64,000 bases of DNA from positions 32,001-96,000 of the IMG/VR virus record IMGVR_UViG_3300027763_000039; one strand, 5' to 3'. Both the position numbers and the translations under genes were made by a program. The notes below the pieces were generated by a model, which worked only from the letters and a program-made list of their open reading frames with translations, searched no databases and was not told where the DNA came from. Shown one piece after another: positions 57,713 through 64,000 of the stretch (positions are counted from its first letter, which is position 1; the number at the start of each line of letters is the position of its first letter). Source of the stretch: a virus.

Positions 57713-60700
57713 TTATGGTGAAGTTAAAGTTACTGTTTTTGTGTCAAAGCCAGTGTCATCATATACTTTAAGACTAAAACTATTAGAATTTGTCCAGTTA
57801 TACCCTATAGAATTAATTCCAGATAAAGTAATAGACAATCTATCTGTAACACTATTATAATTATCGTTCATATTTTGAACATTTAATTTTCTAGTAAAGT
57901 TACAGATATTGTCATTAATTAAAATTTCTGGAGTGTAATTATAGACAGGTCGTAAGCCTCCCTCAATTTCGAAACTAAGGCTCCAAGAACCATTATTCCT
58001 ACTAATACTAGTATTCGGTAATATGATTTGGATAGGCTTATTAATAAATAATGGATATTCTACTACGTATTTTTTAGGAGTTAGACTAGTGCCAGAAAAC
58101 GCTGGTAGTCCAGTATTCTCAAAAGATACCATCTTATAAATATAGTCTTTGTATAAGCCAACCGGAGTGCCACTCAAACCAAATCTCCATTCTCCTTCTT
58201 TGGCATAAGTGATATCGTTTATCTTAATTTGATCATAATAATTTTGTCTGAGGTCATAGAAACCAGAAACAGACAATCCGCTCATAAACGGATAATTACT
58301 AGGACCACTAAAAGAACCAATGATGGTTGTGCTATCTCCAGAAATAATAGACAGTTTATAATTGTATGGTAAAATATTATTATTTTCTGTAGAAATTCTT
58401 CCACTATCTAGGATATCAATATAGTCTCCAGAACTATAAGAGAGATTATTATGGTTAATAGTTACTGTGCCATTATCTATTGATTGTATAAAACATTTAT
58501 CAGACACTATAACTAATCCAGTAGCAGATAATCCTTGTCTCTCAAAGGGAAGACTAATTGTATTATCATATGTGTTACTCAAAGCTATTCCTGTGGAAAA
58601 AGATAGATCTCCACTAAAAGTAAGTAAAACATAATCACGAGAATTAAAACCCGCTGGAAGTGATATGTTAATTTTTTGTCCATTAACGCCACCTAGAAAA
58701 CCAGAATGTTGATATGTTCCAATTAATACTTTATCATTAAGTTTTTTCTGTAGTATTCCAGTAAATAATGGAGCATAATTATATGATCTCCAAACAGTAT
58801 TATCTGACAGCTGGTAAAATGGAACCTTTTGACTTCCTCCACTATAAGGAATATATCCTCCGATAGCCCTGACTGAGTATCCTGATATTGGAACTCCACT
58901 CAAGCAACTAATACTATTTTTGATGCCAGTCATGATAATAGGGGGAAAGCTAGTTTGTACCGGATTGTCATCTCTGTTTCCTCCCTTATGAATCCAAAAA
59001 TATTCATTTTCTGTATATGATACAGCATTATATTTATAAGTAGGAAATACATCAGGAGTATTATTTAAGAAGACAGAAAATACGGTTCCAGAATTAAGAA
59101 CATTATTGAATTGAATTGGACTACCATTGCTTGTACCAGCAGATACGCTAGATATAGCTCCAGCATCTATAGTGATACCAGAAACAGCATTTTTGATTAC
59201 ATAATTAATAGATATTACTCTATAGTTATCTGCTTGATCCCTTTCATATGCAGAATTACCATATGAACAACGACCTAATATGGAATATGGTTGATTGTTA
59301 TATGCGAATGGAGCAATATCATATGACGGTGGAGGGGCGGGAAGCTCTACTGATGGTCTTGGAATTTGCATACCGCTTAATCTGATATATCCTGTTTCCC
59401 AACAATTAGATGTTTTGACTGTGAAAACAGAAGGATCAGAAATATAATTATCAATAGGCTTTATTATTAGACCAGTAAAAAATACATCATTCTTATTAAA
59501 GCTTCCTGATACTGGTATATCAGCGACAAATGAAGGTTTAATTCTACCAAATAAACCATAAGATGTGACAGTACCTCCCCCAAGACTTATTGGTTTAAAG
59601 CTACCACAGCCCATGATTCCATTAGCAGTGTTGGAGTCTACAGTACCATTAAATGGTTGTAAATTAGACGTTCCATATGAAACCTGGCTAGACTTAACCA
59701 ACCTTCCTACTCCTGTTGTTAGAACATTGCCGAGAATAGTTATATAGCCAGAACCACCGATACTTTGTACTTTATATCCTTTATTAAGAGAGTTCGAAGG
59801 ATTATTATCAAATTCAAAATAAGTATCAGAATTATTAATATTAATTCTGGTATTAGTAATATATACTCTAGAATTGCTTCCACCACTATAGCTGAAGGTA
59901 GAAGTCTGGCAATTAGAATGAGGAAGGATACTGGTGCAGGTTAGGGATACTGGGTCGGACGGTGGCCAATATGTATTTATTGTTCCTCCGTCTATAGATT
60001 TAGTTCCTGATGGCTGTTGTACTCCTCCAACGCTTGATGCTCTTGGGGTATATGTTGGTTTTTCATTCTCAAAATAAAGAATAATATTTAAAGGAGATAC
60101 TGGATTAGCTGTAGAAATATCTGTGAATGTTAATTGTTTACTATCTGATTTATTTCTAGCGTCATAAACAGTTAATTTAAATTTTTCATCATACAAACCA
60201 CCACTAGCAAAGGTTTGTGGAACACCGTAGATTCTCAATGTCCCACTAGATAAATTGTCCCATGGAGCGGAAGGGGATCCTCCTGGGAAACTAATGCTAT
60301 AGCTTAAGCCAGATGGTAATGATCCGCTAACCACCCACCCAGTAATGCCTGTGGGTATGGGGCAGGCTGATCTGTTTTTAACACCAAATTTATAGTATCT
60401 ATCAATTGCTACATCTCCACACTTTGGATATAGTTGAATAGGATTTTGAGCCTGTTGTAATGGAGCTTCTATAATTTCTGGTGCTGGATGAGCTGCTCCA
60501 ACAGAATCAAGAGTGCTATACAAAATAGAAGCATATGCTACATCAGAATCTAAGTAAATATTTTGTGTAGTATCAGTATCTATTGCTGTAATACTGAAAG
60601 ATTTGAGACCACTTATATTACATAAAGGAATACCAACAAAACTAAAATTCCATTTTTTATCAAGATTATCCCATATTTTACTAGCAAAACAAGAATTCTG

Positions 60701-63700
60701 TAGCTCTGTGGCAAATTTTGGATCATAACCGGTGCAAGGAGAAGGTAATCCAGAAAATCTTATAGTCGGAGGATAATTAGGATTTGCTAAACCACCGCTA
60801 GTACTAAAAGTTACAGACCATGCAGAACCTTCTGTAGCTCGATAATAGGGATCTGCTACATTTATTATTTGTAATGGTTCAGTGGTCGAGGATAAAGAAG
60901 AGATAGTATTACTGTCTAGCTCTATCAGATTTAATTTTGCAATACCGTATAGTTTATCTATAGAAATACCTTTACATCTCAAAGAGATTGATGATGTTGT
61001 AGAATCTCCAAGAGATATATTGAGATTACTAACAGATAAATCAACATCCCATTTATCAGTGATAGGAGCACCAGAGTATGCGTATTCCCATAGTTTTAAG
61101 TTAGGATCATATCTATTGTACGTTCTAGAGAGATTAATAGTGTTTTCTTTTAAATCCCCTGGTATACTTACCGCAGGAAGGGTTGTCTCACTAGTAGGTT
61201 CTTTAATGTCTATCAAAGATAGATAAGGATTATTAGGAGTACTATAAGTAATATTTTGAATATTATCTAGATAAGGAGCTCTAGTAAATAAAAGTCTTAC
61301 AGTTTCATAATTAACAGAATAATCGTCTTCTGCATAAATCTTAACAAGATATTCCCCTGTGGTTTTGCGATATTTACCAAAAGAATCTTTTTTAGCAAAT
61401 GCTACAAAATTCCACTTTTTCTCTACATCATCATAGGATGAAATAAATAAATATTCCAGGGGTTGATCGCTATAAGATCCTATTGTGGGTAGATTAGATA
61501 ACTTAACTCTTGGAGGTTTGTCTGGACGAAAGGCTCCAATACCATTATCTACTTTAAATTGAATACCCCATGGTTCTTCAATATCGAAAGTTAGTGGTTC
61601 AATAAGTTGGGTTTTATTAATTTGTAAGTTTCGATATAGAGTCAAGTTAATAGTTTTGGTATAGTTATATCTAGTCCAAGTTATTTCACCACCACTTCCA
61701 TATGTTGGTTGTGAAATAGCTATACTTAAGTTTTGAGAACCATAATATCCAGCAGTTCCATTGACTACGGCTTTAACTCTGTATCTTTTAGAACTAGTAC
61801 TATATTCGATAACTGGAGTAATCGTATAGTTACTATTTGCCCCAAATGTTACAACTAGATTGGTGTCTCCAGTATTCGTATCAGAAGGAACATAAAAAAC
61901 AAAAGTCTGTGTATTACCAGAACTTATATTTAAGTAGATATCATCATCTAAATTTTGTGGTTCTATAGTGTAGGCTGGTCTTGATGCACTAAGGGGTAGA
62001 ACACTTATGGTTCCACTTTGAGTAGATAGAATTTCAGCACTTACCAAATCTCTAATAGTAATTGTAGGATGGAAAATACCAGTAATAGAACCAGCAGAAC
62101 CGGCCAATATTTTAACATTTTCACTATTATCTAGTGTCTCATTATATATGTTGTAAGACCCACCAGGATATCCGCTAGCTGTAATAGTAATAGGATTACT
62201 GGGAAGGTTTTTGATATCATATGGAATAACCCAGTCAGAACTATTTTGATAGGTATATACAGTGACGGGCACTCTTACATTTGGTATTACCTTAGAAGTT
62301 AAAAATATTCGTGTTGATACTGATCCAGTTTCATCTGTAGCAGTCAGCGTGATCTCTTTGTGATTCACTATCTGGTTAAGATTTTCTATAATAACTACTA
62401 TTGACCATTTTTTAGTGGTGGTATTATATGTCATATTAGCAGAGTCGATGGTGTACGTTCCTACTCCGTAAATATTGATTCTAGGGGCGGTCAAAGTAAG
62501 ATCATTACTCCACTTTCCGGCTCCATCAGAAATAGTACAACGTAAATAAACTGTGGATATATTTGTGGGCAATATTAATGTATCATCGGTATCAATAGTT
62601 GTATAAGTAGAACCATCGTTTAATGAGTATTCTATCTGAGAAATTTTAACAACATCCGGAGATAAGGATATTAGTTGGGCTTGATTTACACCATTAAAGG
62701 TTACATTATATCCACCAAAATTATTGATATTTTTATTGAAATGAACAAGATGTTTCCATCTCTTAGATCCATTATTAAATGCGTTAATATAAGAATCTAC
62801 CAATCCATTAGTTGTAGATACTTGTGCGGTAGATGTTATGAAGACATTATCTTTGTTAGGGAATCTATTTGACTTGATATTTGAATCACTATCAATAAGA
62901 TAAACTAGTCCGCTTCTATTAAAGTAATTGTCATTATATGGCATATTAAGAGTAATAGTAGTTGGATTAATTTTATCTACTATATAGTATGAACCATTAA
63001 TTTCTGGACAGTCATCAGAAAAATCGAAGTATAGTTTTTTATTAATACCTAATGGCTTAATATATCCAGAAACTCCATTATTTTCAATAAAATTTGGTCG
63101 AGATCCTAACCCGCTTCTATCTAGCATATCCATGATATGATTAAAATTAGCATTACTGAACGGTGTTATCCTTATACATAAGGTTCCAGACATGCAATTT
63201 GTACTATTAACTCCGATAGAGTATATTCCAGTGACTGGATTAGGAACTACAATTCCAGAAGGATCCATAGGCCAAGAGGCTGTGGTTCCACCGTATGTAT
63301 GATAATAGATATTATTACTAAAAGGGATATTACAATATCCCGATACTGATCCTATAAAAGCAAGAGTTCCTGTTGTTGGAATATCATCTGTTAAGCTAAG
63401 ACCTAAAGGGTTTGTGAAACCATACTTTTTAGGAGAAGATAAATTATCCAAGATAACGCTGTCTTTCCCATTTATAGCCATACCAGAGAAAGCTGTATTT
63501 CTGGTATTGGATGATGTTATACGAACTCTATTACTAACTCCGGAACCAAAACCATAATCACCATTATAATTGAGTATAGTAAGCTGGTCTCCAACATTAA
63601 GATAACTTCTAGGCACAGACAGATTGTCTATATAGATTGTATCTCCGTTGTAGAAATAATTGTTAGTTCTTTTTAGTCCATAAGAACTATTTATGCAAGC

Positions 63701-64000
63701 TATGTCTTTTGTAAAGATCTTGGGTCTAATATTAGTTGTAATAGAGTATGTTTTTGTTGCATTCTCTCCATTATTAGGAATAGCAGTATCCAAAATAAGA
63801 GAATTATCTGGAGTTATCCCTGTGGTGAAAATATTATATAGATCAAAATAGCAATAAATAGGATATTTTTCTGTAGTATATATTATTTGATTACTAGAAT
63901 TAAGAGAAGGAATTACGTGAGTGATAAGTCCAGAAGTGGCTTGAATTTCTAAAACATCTCTAGGATATGTAGAAACATTTATAGTTACTGGAATTTTCAT
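57713..64000 (-). CDS. Giant Ig-like-repeat virion protein (probably 5' truncated by window edge)
   Basis: Repeated beta-sandwich motifs (SGSLPSGLS, FKLTVYD, ITLTATD, FSITAID, W..F...GG..P); the ATG sits exactly at the window end, so the true start is uncertain. Confidence 0.65.
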   Translation of the reverse strand: MKIPVTINVSTYPRDVLEIQATSGLITHVIPSLNSSNQIIYTTEKYPIYCYFDLYNIFTTGITPDNSLILDTAIPNNGENATKTYSITTNIRPKIFTKDIACINSSYGLKRTNNYFYNGDTIYIDNLSVPRSYLNVGDQLTILNYNGDYGFGSGVSNRVRITSSNTRNTAFSGMAINGKDSVILDNLSSPKKYGFTNPLGLSLTDDIPTTGTLAFIGSVSGYCNIPFSNNIYYHTYGGTTASWPMDPSGIVVPNPVTGIYSIGVNSTNCMSGTLCIRITPFSNANFNHIMDMLDRSGLGSRPNFIENNGVSGYIKPLGINKKLYFDFSDDCPEINGSYYIVDKINPTTITLNMPYNDNYFNRSGLVYLIDSDSNIKSNRFPNKDNVFITSTAQVSTTNGLVDSYINAFNNGSKRWKHLVHFNKNINNFGGYNVTFNGVNQAQLISLSPDVVKISQIEYSLNDGSTYTTIDTDDTLILPTNISTVYLRCTISDGAGKWSNDLTLTAPRINIYGVGTYTIDSANMTYNTTTKKWSIVVIIENLNQIVNHKEITLTATDETGSVSTRIFLTSKVIPNVRVPVTVYTYQNSSDWVIPYDIKNLPSNPITITASGYPGGSYNIYNETLDNSENVKILAGSAGSITGIFHPTITIRDLVSAEILSTQSGTISVLPLSASRPAYTIEPQNLDDDIYLNISSGNTQTFVFYVPSDTNTGDTNLVVTFGANSNYTITPVIEYSTSSKRYRVKAVVNGTAGYYGSQNLSIAISQPTYGSGGEITWTRYNYTKTINLTLYRNLQINKTQLIEPLTFDIEEPWGIQFKVDNGIGAFRPDKPPRVKLSNLPTIGSYSDQPLEYLFISSYDDVEKKWNFVAFAKKDSFGKYRKTTGEYLVKIYAEDDYSVNYETVRLLFTRAPYLDNIQNITYSTPNNPYLSLIDIKEPTSETTLPAVSIPGDLKENTINLSRTYNRYDPNLKLWEYAYSGAPITDKWDVDLSVSNLNISLGDSTTSSISLRCKGISIDKLYGIAKLNLIELDSNTISSLSSTTEPLQIINVADPYYRATEGSAWSVTFSTSGGLANPNYPPTIRFSGLPSPCTGYDPKFATELQNSCFASKIWDNLDKKWNFSFVGIPLCNISGLKSFSITAIDTDTTQNIYLDSDVAYASILYSTLDSVGAAHPAPEIIEAPLQQAQNPIQLYPKCGDVAIDRYYKFGVKNRSACPIPTGITGWVVSGSLPSGLSYSISFPGGSPSAPWDNLSSGTLRIYGVPQTFASGGLYDEKFKLTVYDARNKSDSKQLTFTDISTANPVSPLNIILYFENEKPTYTPRASSVGGVQQPSGTKSIDGGTINTYWPPSDPVSLTCTSILPHSNCQTSTFSYSGGSNSRVYITNTRININNSDTYFEFDNNPSNSLNKGYKVQSIGGSGYITILGNVLTTGVGRLVKSSQVSYGTSNLQPFNGTVDSNTANGIMGCGSFKPISLGGGTVTSYGLFGRIKPSFVADIPVSGSFNKNDVFFTGLIIKPIDNYISDPSVFTVKTSNCWETGYIRLSGMQIPRPSVELPAPPPSYDIAPFAYNNQPYSILGRCSYGNSAYERDQADNYRVISINYVIKNAVSGITIDAGAISSVSAGTSNGSPIQFNNVLNSGTVFSVFLNNTPDVFPTYKYNAVSYTENEYFWIHKGGNRDDNPVQTSFPPIIMTGIKNSISCLSGVPISGYSVRAIGGYIPYSGGSQKVPFYQLSDNTVWRSYNYAPLFTGILQKKLNDKVLIGTYQHSGFLGGVNGQKINISLPAGFNSRDYVLLTFSGDLSFSTGIALSNTYDNTISLPFERQGLSATGLVIVSDKCFIQSIDNGTVTINHNNLSYSSGDYIDILDSGRISTENNNILPYNYKLSIISGDSTTIIGSFSGPSNYPFMSGLSVSGFYDLRQNYYDQIKINDITYAKEGEWRFGLSGTPVGLYKDYIYKMVSFENTGLPAFSGTSLTPKKYVVEYPLFINKPIQIILPNTSISRNNGSWSLSFEIEGGLRPVYNYTPEILINDNICNFTRKLNVQNMNDNYNSVTDRLSITLSGINSIGYNWTNSNSFSLKVYDDTGFDTKTVTLTSP

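Larger units (their letters stand above)
1..64000. mobile_element. Segment of a large tailed bacteriophage genome (replication/modification arm plus tail morphogenesis arm)
   Basis: Tightly packed ORFs in two long co-oriented blocks; TMP, tail tube, Mtd_N, collagen and LamG fibre genes beside dnaE/ssb; no host housekeeping operons, integrase or att site visible. Confidence 0.93.

Noticed and set aside
629-62872. About 50 short antisense or alternative-frame ORFs in the track (e.g. 629-889, 5313-5762, 13911-14267, 34574-34864, 60882-61226)
   Set aside because: They are nested within longer, motif-supported genes, and none has recognisable motifs; treated as shadow ORFs
1-64000. Stop-codon reassignment (alternative genetic code)
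   Set aside because: Multi-kilobase ORFs tile the window under code 11, and TAA, TAG and TGA all end genes at sensible boundaries
1-64000. CRISPR array, tRNA or rRNA genes
   Set aside because: No repeat-spacer periodicity or cloverleaf recognised; intergenic gaps are mostly under 100 nt. A tRNAscan/Infernal run would be needed to exclude them formally

Overview
AT-rich segment (roughly one-third GC by eye) of a large tailed dsDNA phage genome, probably with a long non-contractile tail, read in the standard genetic code. It has two convergent blocks. The + strand block (1-10764) carries replication and modification genes: the 3' part of a bacterial-type DNA polymerase III alpha (dnaE), ssb, a seven-gene glycosyltransferase/sugar-nucleotide cluster, a NUMOD3/Vsr-like endonuclease, a putative single-strand annealing protein and a membrane-anchored YfaP-like protein with a Planctomycete-style anchor. 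The - strand block (10748-64000) is virion morphogenesis: fibres/adhesins, neck and tail-completion genes, tail tube, paralogous tail-assembly chaperones, tape measure protein (TMP) and very large tail-tip proteins. The main observation is the 5383-aa TMP. It is divided by five near-identical and two degenerate copies of a lambda gpH C-terminal-like module (GG..DTVPAMLTPGEFV..GG) and about 18 GG-hydrophobic motifs. These bracket apparent enzyme domains: two PD-(D/E)xK-like nucleases, a HAD phosphatase, an HExxH metallopeptidase, a GNAT acetyltransferase and an ADP-ribosyltransferase. It looks like a modular, possibly proteolytically processed polyprotein that injects effectors into the host. 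All product calls come from motif recognition and gene order; no database searches were run. No tRNA, rRNA or CRISPR array was recognised.
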